Below, in pieces: positions 15,098-24,113 of a stretch of DNA of 30,666 bases. The position numbers were made by a program, and so were the translations under genes. Location of the stretch: the IMG/VR virus record IMGVR_UViG_3300032218_000775, positions 1 through 30,666 of that record. One strand, 5' to 3'. The stretch is from a virus (taxonomy: Duplodnaviria > Caudoviricetes). The notes below the pieces were generated by a model. It saw nothing but the letters and a program-made list of their open reading frames with translations, made no database searches and was not told the DNA's origin. Every line of letters begins with the position of its first letter. Within the stretch, counting starts at the first letter, position 1.

Positions 15098-15569
15098 AGA
15101 AAAACTGGAAGCCGCAATTGCTGAGTGGGAAGAACCTACGGGCAAACAACTGTTTAGAGTTACTAACAACGTGACTCGTACTACGTTTAATATGGTCAGG
15201 GATAACCCCGGCATCACCCGTAAGGAAACGGTTGAGAAGCTGCGTTTGATAGGGTACAAACCCGCATCTACTGCAACGCTTGTATCGCAAATGATTCGGC
15301 AACGTCTTATCCGCATTGAAGGTGATGAGTTGCATGCCAACTTTTCGGAGTACACGCCACTTAAAGCTAGCCTGCGCGGTAGCCCAAAGGCTAAGGCTAA
15401 AGTTAAGGTCAAGGCTAAGTCCGCAGCTAAGGTCAAGGTAGAGGCACCAGCACCAGCGCCAAGGACAGCCATCATCACGACTAACTACAACGTAGATAAC
15501 ATCATCAAGAACCTGACCATCTATCAGGCCAAAGAACTGCGCGATACGCTCAACAACTTATTTAAGTAA
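15084..15569 (+). CDS. Putative DNA-binding protein (wHTH-like + Lys/Ala-rich linker)
   Basis: AAGGAG RBS before ATG 15084; NPGITRKETVEKL...TLVSQMIRQRLI is wHTH-like; KAKAKVKVKAKSAAK tract. Confidence 0.7.
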   Translation: MTLLKEKLEAAIAEWEEPTGKQLFRVTNNVTRTTFNMVRDNPGITRKETVEKLRLIGYKPASTATLVSQMIRQRLIRIEGDELHANFSEYTPLKASLRGSPKAKAKVKVKAKSAAKVKVEAPAPAPRTAIITTNYNVDNIIKNLTIYQAKELRDTLNNLFK

Positions 15570-15578
15570 GGACAACCA

Positions 15579-15779
15579 ATGAAAAAGATACGATTCATGG
15601 AGTTGATGAAAGAGCCCTTCAAGAAACCAACACCCCTTGAGATGATTGCCGCCGAACTAGCTGACGCGCACCTTGAGAAGTTAAACGCCGAGACTGCGGT
15701 GGAGTACGCCCAGTCAATCGTGGACTACAACGCTACCCGCATTGCACGCCTTAACTCACGACTGGAGGAATACAAATGA
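15579..15779 (+). CDS. Hypothetical protein (66 aa)
   Basis: AAGGA RBS, ATGA coupling. Confidence 0.75.
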   Translation: MKKIRFMELMKEPFKKPTPLEMIAAELADAHLEKLNAETAVEYAQSIVDYNATRIARLNSRLEEYK

Positions 15780-16018
15780 AAGATGCAACGATTGATGGAA
15801 CGATTAATGCAACGATTGCCAAGCAGTACACCGAATGGAACATCAAGAACGGCGGCATGGTAACTGCCATGACCTTGCGTGATTACTGGGCGGGACTGGC
15901 TATGCAAGGCTTACTTTCTTATGCGGCGACATCAGGCAAATACGCACCGCCAGACGATGAACTTGCAAGGGAAGCGTACAAAATGGCAGATGCAATGCTC
16001 AAGGAGCGTGCCAAATGA
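15776..16018 (+). CDS. Hypothetical protein of the common MTLRDY.A..AMQG phage family
   Basis: MTLRDYWAGLAMQG...AY.MADAML motif; GGAGG RBS. Confidence 0.85.
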   Translation: MKDATIDGTINATIAKQYTEWNIKNGGMVTAMTLRDYWAGLAMQGLLSYAATSGKYAPPDDELAREAYKMADAMLKERAK

Positions 16019-16176
16019 CTGAAGAAGATATCAAACGTGTTAACGAAGCGTATACCAAAGAAACGCTTTATCAAGACCCAATAGATGATATTGCGTCCAC
16101 ATTCAAAGGCTTGATTGCTTTGATATTCGTGGTGGCTGGTTTGACAATGGTTGCTTTTGCAATATGGGGGAAGTGA
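16015..16176 (+). CDS. Small membrane protein (53 aa)
   Basis: Below the cutoff. AAGGAG RBS; C-terminal hydrophobic helix GLIALIFVVAGLTMVAFAIW; coupled on both sides. Confidence 0.75.
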   Translation: MTEEDIKRVNEAYTKETLYQDPIDDIASTFKGLIALIFVVAGLTMVAFAIWGK

Positions 16177-16373
16177 TGAACATCATTGAACTAGCAAAGC
16201 AGGTAGGCTATCCGATACAGCACCCCGAATGGCAAAAAGCCACAGAGGAATTTGCCGCATTAGTAGAAGCAGCAGCCCGTGCTAATGAGCGTGAGCGCAT
16301 TGAAAAAGCGTGGGACAAGTTATACGGGTGGTGGGAATCTGATGACGAGACTAAAACAAGGGGGACAACATGA
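16176..16373 (+). CDS. Hypothetical protein (65 aa)
   Basis: TGATG coupling; MNIIELAKQ...EFAALV...ERER motif. Confidence 0.75.
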   Translation: MNIIELAKQVGYPIQHPEWQKATEEFAALVEAAARANERERIEKAWDKLYGWWESDDETKTRGTT

Positions 16374-16666
16374 CAGGCTATCAAAGCAAAAAGGCAGCGG
16401 CGTTAGACGAGGAAGGAATGTACCTTGTGCATCAAACAGCACAACTAAAAGCTACGGGGTTACCGGACACGCCAACTGCAAAAGCATACTTAAAGAAAGT
16501 ATTAGATGATGACGACGACATCCAAGTCTATAAGCGCCCGTGGGTAAGCCTGACGGATGAGGAAATAAAAGAAATCGTTGGGCCGTGGGGCGACACACCT
16601 ATCAAGGGCTACACACGCAAACTGTTTGACCAAATTGAAGCCAAACTCAAGGAGAAGAACGGATGA
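16370..16666 (+). CDS. Hypothetical protein (98 aa)
   Basis: ATGA coupling; the PWVSLTDEEI...IEAKLKEKN motif is common in phage accessory proteins. Confidence 0.8.
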   Translation: MTGYQSKKAAALDEEGMYLVHQTAQLKATGLPDTPTAKAYLKKVLDDDDDIQVYKRPWVSLTDEEIKEIVGPWGDTPIKGYTRKLFDQIEAKLKEKNG

Positions 16667-16845
16667 CCATCGCATGGTACGACCCCACTAACCACCACGT
16701 TAGTACAGACAAGAACGACCCCTTGTTTACACCGCTTGGTCAATTGTGGCCTTTGGATGTGCAGCAAGAGCAAAACTTCTGCCCCCGCTGCGGTAAGCGC
16801 ACACAGGACATTCACACTTGCACACCACCACAGGAGAACACATGA
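16663..16845 (+). CDS. Small Cys/His protein (60 aa)
   Basis: AAGGAG RBS; CPRC...HTC is a possible zinc ribbon. Confidence 0.7.
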   Translation: MTIAWYDPTNHHVSTDKNDPLFTPLGQLWPLDVQQEQNFCPRCGKRTQDIHTCTPPQENT

Positions 16846-17039
16846 AAGTAACAATCCAACTCGAAGAAAAAGCCGAAGTGCTTGATGCAATACATGCCGA
16901 TGAAGCGTGGTTGGCACTCAGAGAAATACAACGCCTGCTACGTGTAAACGAAAAGCATGATGTCGGCGATGCAATTACGTTACAGCGTATCTCAACTGAG
17001 ATACTTGATGCTTTTAGTGTTCGGGGTGACAGTGCGTAA
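16842..17039 (+). CDS. Hypothetical protein (65 aa)
   Basis: AGGAG RBS, ATGA coupling at 16842. Confidence 0.75.
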   Translation: MKVTIQLEEKAEVLDAIHADEAWLALREIQRLLRVNEKHDVGDAITLQRISTEILDAFSVRGDSA

Positions 17040-17280
17040 GTCATACCACCACGCTGTAAGGATGGCGCTACAAAAGTATCATGATGGTCTGACCGTATCG
17101 GAATTAGCCGAGCGATTGGAAAAACCCCCGGAACCCATTCGACGTGCGCTGATAACAATGCCCGATGCGTACATAGACCGCTGGATTTCCGGTAGGGAGC
17201 ATAGAAAACAATGGGCGGCTGTATGGTGTGTAATAGTGCCCCCTGAGAACTGCCCTAAACCAACGGAGAAACCTATATGA
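17032..17280 (+). CDS. Small HTH protein (82 aa)
   Basis: Probable GTG start at 17032; DGLTVSELAERLEKPPEPIRRAL is HTH-like. Confidence 0.7.
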   Translation: MRKSYHHAVRMALQKYHDGLTVSELAERLEKPPEPIRRALITMPDAYIDRWISGREHRKQWAAVWCVIVPPENCPKPTEKPI

Positions 17281-17447
17281 GTGATGGCCCAAACTTTGCC
17301 GCATGGACAAACGAAAACTTAGCTAAGTTTGCTAAGGAAGCTTATGCCCGTATGCTGCTGCAACAAGAAGAAATCGAACACCTTAAGCTAGACGCCAAGG
17401 CCGCACTAGAGGCGGCACGTAAGGCACTGGTGGACGGTAGTAAATGA
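17277..17447 (+). CDS. Hypothetical protein (56 aa)
   Basis: Below the cutoff. GGAG RBS; ATGA overlaps at both ends; MSDGPNFAAWTNENLAKFAKEAY... Confidence 0.75.
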   Translation: MSDGPNFAAWTNENLAKFAKEAYARMLLQQEEIEHLKLDAKAALEAARKALVDGSK

Positions 17448-17806
17448 CACCTGAGGCCAAGGTCAAGGCTAAGATACATGCTGCGCTTAAGGCGCAGGGT
17501 GCGTATGCTGTGAACTACATAGGGGGCTTGCATGCTAACAACGGCACCCCCGACATCCTTGTTTGTATACAAGGGAGGTTCATAGGTATCGAGGCCAAGG
17601 CCGGTAGCAACAAACCCACTGACTTACAACTACACAATCTGCGGCGCATCGACGAGGCCGGAGGCATAGCCTTAGTTATTAACGAAACTAACTTGGAGCT
17701 TGTACGTGACATCTACAACACCAAATCCAATTTTGGACTTTTTGCAAAACCGGCAAAAGCCGCTGGAGCAGAAGGAGAACCGCAAATTAAAAGACGCCCT
17801 GCGTAA
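17444..17806 (+). CDS. VRR-NUC domain nuclease (Holliday junction resolvase-like)
   Basis: MTPEAKVK, GTPDIL, GIEAKAG, PTDLQ, GGIALVI motifs. Confidence 0.9.
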   Translation: MTPEAKVKAKIHAALKAQGAYAVNYIGGLHANNGTPDILVCIQGRFIGIEAKAGSNKPTDLQLHNLRRIDEAGGIALVINETNLELVRDIYNTKSNFGLFAKPAKAAGAEGEPQIKRRPA

Positions 17807-17850
17807 GCGTAAAGCCCGCGCACGAGACGACCAACTTAACTGGAGAGACC

Positions 17851-19749
17851 ATGACACCCGCGTTGATGACGTTAGACCTAGAGACCTACTACTCCCGTGA
17901 TTACTCCCTGACCAAGATGACTACCGAGGAGTACATACGCTCCCCGCAATTCGAAGCTATCGGTGCTGCATTCAAACTCAATGACGAGCAAGCTGCATGG
18001 GTTGCCAAGCCCAAGCTAGAGAAAGTACTTAAGCAAAACGACTGGTCAAACAAGATGGTGCTGTGCCAGAACACAGCGTTCGATGGAGCCATACTAGGCT
18101 GGCACTACGGGGTGCAGCCATTGGCTTGGTTTGACATCATGGGTATGTCACGGGCTTTGTTCCCGCATGAGAAGTCCCATAGCCTTAAGGCACAGGCCGA
18201 GCGCATGGGCGTAGGACAAAAGGGTGATGAGGTGCTGCGGGCGCTAGGTAAGAACTACAAAGACTTTAGCCCTGAGGAGTTGGCCCAGTATGGTGCGTAC
18301 TGCGTAAACGATGTGGACTTGACCCATGCGCTGTTTAAGAAGTACATGGCCCTTGGGTTCCCTAAGATTGAGTTGCAGTTGATCGACCTAACGCTGCGCA
18401 TGTACATTGACCCCGTGCTAGTGCTGGACGAATCCATGCTGCGTAAGCACCTGACTGAAGTGCAAGACCGCAAGCAAGCCCTGATGGAGTCGGTACGGGA
18501 CATGATGCTGGAGAAGGCTGACCCTGACTACGTACACGCTATCTTTAGCGAGGGCATGGCGGGCATAAAGAAGTTACTCATGTCCAATGAGAAGTTTGCT
18601 ACGCTGCTGCGCACGTTCCGCATAGAGCCGCCCATGAAGATAAGCCCGGCCACGGGGCGCATGACCTATGCGTTTGCCAAGAGCGACGAGGGGTTTGCAT
18701 CGTTACTGGAGTTTCCTGACGAGCGCGTACAGACACTGGCAGCATGCCGTATAGGCAGCAAGTCCACGCTGGAGGAGACACGCACCCAACGATTCATAGG
18801 CATGTCGCAGCGCGGCGCGTTCCCTGTACCCCTGCGGTACTACGGGGCGCACTCAGGTCGGTGGTCGGGACAAGACTCGGTGAACTTACAGAACCTGCCC
18901 GCACGGGGGGAGAACGCCAACAAGATTAAGAAGTCCATGATGGCACCGCCCGGACATGTGGTGATTGACTGCGACTCATCGCAGATTGAAGCGCGAACCC
19001 TTGCGTGGCTGGCTGGACAGCAGGACTTGCTGGACGCCTTTGCCAATAAGCAGGACGTGTATAGCATCATGGCAGCTAGCATCTACGGCATACCAGTTGA
19101 CCAAGTTACCACGGGCTCAGGTAGCCAACGCCAAGTAGGTAAGACCGTCATCCTAGGTGCGGGGTATGGGGTTGGCCCTAACAAGCTACAGATATTCCTA
19201 CGGACAGTGGCAGGGGTTGAGGTGGACTTGACCGAGGCCAAGCGTATTATTAATACGTACCGAACTACATACTCGTGTATCCCTGCGTTATGGCAGCGGG
19301 CTCAGGATGCGCTTAGGGCGATGTTTATGGGTAATGGGGCACAGATTGACGCGGTGGGGATTATCCATGCCATGCCTAACAACCGGATGACGCTGCCTAA
19401 CGGGCTGTATATACATTACCCCGACTTAACGCAGACCACGATTAACGGTAACACTGAGTGGTCGTACTACTCCAAAGGCCAGCGGGTCAAGATTTACGGC
19501 GGGAAAATAGCGGAGAACTTTACCCAAGCGGTAGCGCGGTGTGTGGTGGCTGAGCAGATGCTGCGTATCTCCAAGCGATACAAGGTGGTGCTGACTGTGC
19601 ATGATGCGGTGGCATGCGTGGCTCCGATAGAAGAGGCCGAGGAAGCTAAACAGTTTGTTGTGGACTGTATGTCATGGCAACCAGCATGGGCTACGGGTTT
19701 ACCATTAGCTTGCGAAGCCGGGATGGGGGCTAGTTATGGAGACTGTTAA
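17851..19749 (+). CDS. polA: DNA polymerase, family A (3'-5' exonuclease + polymerase)
   Basis: ExoI DLETY, ExoII QNTAFD, ExoIII YCVND, SGRWS, motif A DSSQIEAR, motif B RQVGKTVILGAGYG, motif C VHDA. Confidence 0.95.
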   Translation: MTPALMTLDLETYYSRDYSLTKMTTEEYIRSPQFEAIGAAFKLNDEQAAWVAKPKLEKVLKQNDWSNKMVLCQNTAFDGAILGWHYGVQPLAWFDIMGMSRALFPHEKSHSLKAQAERMGVGQKGDEVLRALGKNYKDFSPEELAQYGAYCVNDVDLTHALFKKYMALGFPKIELQLIDLTLRMYIDPVLVLDESMLRKHLTEVQDRKQALMESVRDMMLEKADPDYVHAIFSEGMAGIKKLLMSNEKFATLLRTFRIEPPMKISPATGRMTYAFAKSDEGFASLLEFPDERVQTLAACRIGSKSTLEETRTQRFIGMSQRGAFPVPLRYYGAHSGRWSGQDSVNLQNLPARGENANKIKKSMMAPPGHVVIDCDSSQIEARTLAWLAGQQDLLDAFANKQDVYSIMAASIYGIPVDQVTTGSGSQRQVGKTVILGAGYGVGPNKLQIFLRTVAGVEVDLTEAKRIINTYRTTYSCIPALWQRAQDALRAMFMGNGAQIDAVGIIHAMPNNRMTLPNGLYIHYPDLTQTTINGNTEWSYYSKGQRVKIYGGKIAENFTQAVARCVVAEQMLRISKRYKVVLTVHDAVACVAPIEEAEEAKQFVVDCMSWQPAWATGLPLACEAGMGASYGDC

Positions 19750-20167
19750 AAGATCGCGGTATGGGCGTATGGAGAAAGGTAGGTACACGCCGTATGGGAC
19801 TATGGCGGGGGCAAGTTCTGAATTAAGAATTGCTTATTATCAAAACGGGTGGGTTCATGATGCGGACATACCAGAGTTACCTCAGCCCAAATGGAACCCT
19901 GATACACCTGTTACGCCGGACGAGGTGTTGGCAGAACAGCAGACCGTAGTTGAAATCGGAACCTTACTAGACGAGTTAACTCCACGGCAAGCAAAAATAC
20001 TTCGGCTACGGTTTGGTTTTAATTGCCCTGAACTTACCTTAGAAGAAGTAGGTAATATATTTAAACTTACTCGTGAACGCATCCGGCAGATTGAGCATAA
20101 GGCGTTGCGTAACCTTCGTACGCCTGAACGTCGAAAAAGGATAGAGTTTCTTTTAGGTAGAATATAA
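19736..20167 (+). CDS. Stand-alone sigma70 region-4 domain protein
   Basis: LTPRQAKILRLRFG...LTLEEVGNIFKLTRERIRQIEHKALRNLR closely follows RpoD region 4; regions 2 and 3 are absent. Confidence 0.85.
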   Translation: METVKRSRYGRMEKGRYTPYGTMAGASSELRIAYYQNGWVHDADIPELPQPKWNPDTPVTPDEVLAEQQTVVEIGTLLDELTPRQAKILRLRFGFNCPELTLEEVGNIFKLTRERIRQIEHKALRNLRTPERRKRIEFLLGRI

Positions 20168-20192
20168 CCGCACAAACAAACGCGAGAAACTC

Positions 20193-20858
20193 ATGGCACT
20201 TGCACACTCCTATTCTTCTGTTAAAGATTTTGAAGGTTGTCCCCGTAGGTATCATGAGGTTCGTATCCTCAAAAAATTCAAATCAAAAGACACAGAAGCG
20301 ACCATGTACGGCACCGCCGTACATAAAGCCTTTGAAGAACGTATACGTGACAACAAACCCTTACCTGAACATCTTGCGCACTACGCGCCATTCGTGGAAC
20401 CTCTCGCCAAAGCAACCGGAGAAATCCGGTGTGAAGAAAGAATGGCAATCCGCGCTGACTTCACCCCATGCGAATTCTTTGATAAAGACGTATGGTTCCG
20501 AGGAATTCCTGATTACCTGTCGATCAACCGAGAGCGTGGAGTTGCAAGAGTAGTTGATTACAAGACCGGCAAGAGCAGTCGGTATGCTGACGTAGCCCAG
20601 CTTGAGTTGATGGCTGCAATGGTCATGACCCATCACCCGGAAGTAGACCTCGTAAAAGGGGCGTTGCTATTCGTGGTGGCTGGGGATATTATTAAGACCG
20701 AGTTCCAACGCTCGGAACTGGCAACAATCCTGTCGAAGTGGGCGGGCAGGGCTGATGCAATTGAGCAAGCAGTAGTAGTGGGTGTATGGAATCCCCGTAG
20801 CTCTGCGCTGTGTAAATTCTGCCCAGTATCTACATGTGAGTATCACCGTGGCAACTAA
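20193..20858 (+). CDS. PD-(D/E)XK (RecB/Cas4-like) exonuclease
   Basis: SYS...CPRRY, GTAVH, GIPD, VDYKTGK, QL, C-terminal CKFCP...C. Confidence 0.9.
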   Translation: MALAHSYSSVKDFEGCPRRYHEVRILKKFKSKDTEATMYGTAVHKAFEERIRDNKPLPEHLAHYAPFVEPLAKATGEIRCEERMAIRADFTPCEFFDKDVWFRGIPDYLSINRERGVARVVDYKTGKSSRYADVAQLELMAAMVMTHHPEVDLVKGALLFVVAGDIIKTEFQRSELATILSKWAGRADAIEQAVVVGVWNPRSSALCKFCPVSTCEYHRGN

Positions 20859-21105
20859 ACGTAACTACGCGAAAGAGTACGCAAACTATCAAGGTACTCC
20901 CGAACAACTTAAGAAACAATCCGAACGGCATAAGGCTCGCCGCGCCTATGAGAAAGCTAACGGCAAATTGCCGGACAACGTGGACGTAGACCATATCAAA
21001 CCGCTAAGCAAGGGCGGTGCATCCACCAAGGTAAGTAATCTGAGGGCTCGTAGTCAGACCGCTAACAGAAGTTTCGCCCGTACCAAAACTGGTACGATGA
21101 AGTAG
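20848..21105 (+). CDS. HNH endonuclease-like protein
   Basis: Probable GTG start at 20848; DVDHIKPLSKGG...NLR...NRS. Confidence 0.8.
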   Translation: MATKRNYAKEYANYQGTPEQLKKQSERHKARRAYEKANGKLPDNVDVDHIKPLSKGGASTKVSNLRARSQTANRSFARTKTGTMK

Positions 21106-21153
21106 GCTAGAATTTACCTGCCGAGCAATCGGCATGTTGTCTCTCCTTGATTT

Positions 21154-21189
21154 GCCGGGTAGTTTACTACCCGGCTATTTTTGTTTTTT
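21154..21189 (+). terminator. Rho-independent terminator
   Basis: GCCGGGTAG-TTTA-CTACCCGGC followed by TATTTTTGTTTTTT. Confidence 0.8.
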
Positions 21190-21203
21190 CTAATGTTCCT
21201 ATC

Positions 21204-22757
21204 ATGCAAACTATCGACAATAAAGCCCTGCTTTTCAACACAAGAAAGTCCCAACAGATAACCGCACTCATCCCCAAAAGCAAGGTCATTGCACAGCAAG
21301 GGGATGTAGACCGCGTACTGGTTAACTGGGGCTTTGACGAAGTGCAACTGCTTCGCAATCTAGGCATCAAAGATGTGCCTAGCCCCATATTGGGACGGTA
21401 TTCATGGCCCGGTATGTTCACCCCGTTCGACCATCAACGAACTACTGCCGACTTCCTAACCCTACACCCACGATGCTTTGTGTTCAACGAGGCCGGTACA
21501 GGCAAGACCGGCGCTGCTGCATGGGCGGCTGACTACTTGATGACGCAAGGGAAAGTAACTCGTGTATTGGTGGTATGCCCTGTGTCCATCATGGAGACTG
21601 CATGGCGCTCTGATTTATTCAAGACAGTCATGCACCGCACTGTGGCTATCGCTCAAGGCTCAAGGCTGCAACGCCAAGCTGTGATTGCTAAAGGCTATGA
21701 GTTCGTCATCATAAATTTTGATGGGGTAAAAGTAGTTAACAAAGAGCTTATGGAAGGCGGCTTTGACCTCATCATCGTGGACGAAGCCAATGCAGTTAAG
21801 AGCGTGACTACTGACCGATGGAAAGCCCTTGCCGCACTGGTGCGACCCAACACTCGACTGTGGCTCATGACCGGCACCCCTGCATCGCAATCACCCATAG
21901 ACGCATACGGCCTAGCCAAGCTGGTTGCGCCCGACTCAGTGCCTCGGTTCATGGGGGCCTTCAGAGATAAGGTGATGCTAAAGATTAACCAGTACAAGTG
22001 GGTACCGCGCCAAGATGCCCAGCAGATAGTCCATCAGATATTGCAGCCTGCAATACGCTTCACTAAAGCCGAGTGCCTAGACCTACCTGACCTGCTGTAT
22101 TCAACCCGTGACATCCCACTGACAGCGCAGCAGGCTAAGTACTATGACGCATTAAAAAAGCAAATGATGACTATCGCAGCAGGCTCAGAAATTACCGCCG
22201 TAAACGCAGCGGCTATGCTTAACAAGCTACTTCAAGTAGCACAAGGTGCGGTCTATACGGATGATGGGAACGTGGTTGAGTTTGATGTCAGTAATCGACT
22301 GGCAGAACTCATGACCGTCATTGAGGGAACCGACAATAAAATTTTGCTGTTCGTCCCGTACCGGCACACGCTGGAGATGCTGCGCAATGAGCTAATCAAA
22401 GCGGGCTATTCGGTAGAGAGCATACAGGGCGGCATGCCTGCGTCCCAGCGAGCCGAGGCCATCAAGCGGTTCCAAACCGAGGACAACCCCCGCATACTTC
22501 TACTCAGTCCGCAGGCTACGGCCCACGGGATAACCCTAACCCGCGCAGACCAAGTTGTGTGGTGGGGGCCTGTATCATCTACAGAGATTTACTTGCAAGC
22601 CAACTCCCGTGCCCACAGGGCGGGACAGACCAACAAGGTCACGGTGACCCACCTACAAGGCAGTCCCGTCGAGCGGCGCATGTACGCTATGCTGCAAAGC
22701 AACATAGATTTACACCAAGGTTTAGTCGATTTGTACAAACAAGTGCTTGACGACTAA
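21204..22757 (+). CDS. SNF2-family helicase
   Basis: Probable start ATG 21204; NEAGTGKT, IIVDEAN, MTGTP, HGITL and QANSRAHRAGQ motifs. Confidence 0.9.
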   Translation: MQTIDNKALLFNTRKSQQITALIPKSKVIAQQGDVDRVLVNWGFDEVQLLRNLGIKDVPSPILGRYSWPGMFTPFDHQRTTADFLTLHPRCFVFNEAGTGKTGAAAWAADYLMTQGKVTRVLVVCPVSIMETAWRSDLFKTVMHRTVAIAQGSRLQRQAVIAKGYEFVIINFDGVKVVNKELMEGGFDLIIVDEANAVKSVTTDRWKALAALVRPNTRLWLMTGTPASQSPIDAYGLAKLVAPDSVPRFMGAFRDKVMLKINQYKWVPRQDAQQIVHQILQPAIRFTKAECLDLPDLLYSTRDIPLTAQQAKYYDALKKQMMTIAAGSEITAVNAAAMLNKLLQVAQGAVYTDDGNVVEFDVSNRLAELMTVIEGTDNKILLFVPYRHTLEMLRNELIKAGYSVESIQGGMPASQRAEAIKRFQTEDNPRILLLSPQATAHGITLTRADQVVWWGPVSSTEIYLQANSRAHRAGQTNKVTVTHLQGSPVERRMYAMLQSNIDLHQGLVDLYKQVLDD

Positions 22758-22774
22758 GTTAGACAGTGTATAAT
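22747..22774 (+). promoter_or_regulatory. sigma70 promoter
   Basis: TTGACG (22747-22752), 16-bp spacer, TATAAT (22769-22774). Confidence 0.65.
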
Positions 22775-22833
22775 TTCAATTGTGGGCGACCCCCACTCCA
22801 TTTCTATTCAACGTAAGTCAACCGGAGTAACAC

Positions 22834-23226
22834 ATGGCAAATGCCGACCAACTTGTTGCGGTCTACATCAAGATACGTGACGCCAAAGACCTAAAAACAA
22901 AACAGATGGAAGCAGAGATTTCAGCGCTTGAGGAACAGCTAAGCATGGTTGCTGACGAGCTACTGGAAATCTGCAAATCAACAGGCCAAGACGGGGGTAA
23001 GACTTCGCATGGCTCCTTCACACGGACTATCAAGTCCCGATACTGGACTAGCGATTGGGACAGTATGTACAAGTTCATCCGTGAGCACGATGTGCCTGAA
23101 CTTCTTGAGCGACGAATCCACCAAGGCAACTTTTCGGATTTCATCAAAGAGAACTCAGACCTCATGCCTGCTGGTGTAAATGTCGAGGCTAAGTACTCGA
23201 TAACCGTTCGTCGCGCTTCAAAATAA
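22834..23226 (+). CDS. Conserved phage replication-module protein (coiled coil, Gam-like architecture)
   Basis: GGAG RBS; N-terminal coiled coil, then DWDSMYKFI...LLERRI...PAGV. Confidence 0.75.
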   Translation: MANADQLVAVYIKIRDAKDLKTKQMEAEISALEEQLSMVADELLEICKSTGQDGGKTSHGSFTRTIKSRYWTSDWDSMYKFIREHDVPELLERRIHQGNFSDFIKENSDLMPAGVNVEAKYSITVRRASK

Positions 23227-23240
23227 CTTAAGGACTTTTT

Positions 23241-24113
23241 ATGAGCAATTTAACTCTTTTCTCTTCCGGCGAAAGCCTCCCTGACTACCTGCGCGATGTC
23301 GCAGATTCCACAACCAAAGACATTGCCGGTAGCTCGGGCGGCAAGCAAATCTCTATTAAGGGAGGCGTGTGGCGTATGGTTGTTGGTGGTGAGGAAGTCG
23401 CCAAGAATGAAGATCGGTCAATGAACTTCGTTATCCTTGCAACTAGCAAGGGCGTGTCCCGTACATACTACGAAGGCAAGTACGAAGAAGGCAAGGACGC
23501 CAAACCAGCATGCTGGTCTGCCGAAGGCAATGTGCCTAACGCAGAGGTGACTAACCCACAAAGCGCTACCTGCGCTACCTGCCCCAAGAATATCGAGGGC
23601 TCCGGTGATGGCAAGGCTCGTGCATGCCGTTACAGCAAGCGACTGGCTGTCGCGTTGGAAAATGATATCGGCGGTAATATCTACCGTCTGTCGGTTCCAG
23701 CTAAGTCTTACTTCGGTAAGGCAGATGGCGACAAGATGCCCCTGCAAGCGTTTGGTAAATTCTTGTCAGGTCACGGCCTGCCGATTACTGGACTGGTTAC
23801 TGAGGCCCGGTTCGACACTAGCGAAGCTGTGCCAGTCATGAAGTTCCGCGCTGTGCGTCCGCTGACTCGTGGTGAGTGGGAGATTGCTAAGGCCCAAAGC
23901 ACTACTGAGGATGCCAAGCAAGCGATTGAGTTCAAGATGGTGCCAAGCCGTGAGAACACTACGCAAGCTGCGCTGCCTGCGGCATTCTCTGAAGCTCCAG
24001 CAAAGCCTATGGACGAGCCAACCAAGCGGCCTAAAGCCTCGGCTGCGGCACCTGCACCTACGCCAGCGAAAAACGTGGCGGACATCCTTAGCGACTGGTC
24101 GGTGGATGAGTAA
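23241..24113 (+). CDS. Putative ssDNA-binding/annealing protein
   Basis: AAGGA RBS; CWS, CATCPKN and AC conserved Cys; Ala/Pro linker; acidic aromatic tail DILSDWSVDE; position in the replication module. Confidence 0.6.
   Translation: MSNLTLFSSGESLPDYLRDVADSTTKDIAGSSGGKQISIKGGVWRMVVGGEEVAKNEDRSMNFVILATSKGVSRTYYEGKYEEGKDAKPACWSAEGNVPNAEVTNPQSATCATCPKNIEGSGDGKARACRYSKRLAVALENDIGGNIYRLSVPAKSYFGKADGDKMPLQAFGKFLSGHGLPITGLVTEARFDTSEAVPVMKFRAVRPLTRGEWEIAKAQSTTEDAKQAIEFKMVPSRENTTQAALPAAFSEAPAKPMDEPTKRPKASAAAPAPTPAKNVADILSDWSVDE

Noticed and set aside
17700-17900. 66-aa basic ORF overlapping the VRR-NUC tail and the polA start
   Set aside because: Mostly overlapped by two well-supported genes. A GTG start at 17706 after GGAG is possible, so it is unresolved rather than excluded.
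20193-20858. Cas4-like nuclease as evidence of CRISPR-Cas
   Set aside because: Stand-alone PD-(D/E)XK exonucleases are routine in phage replication modules; there is no array or other cas gene.
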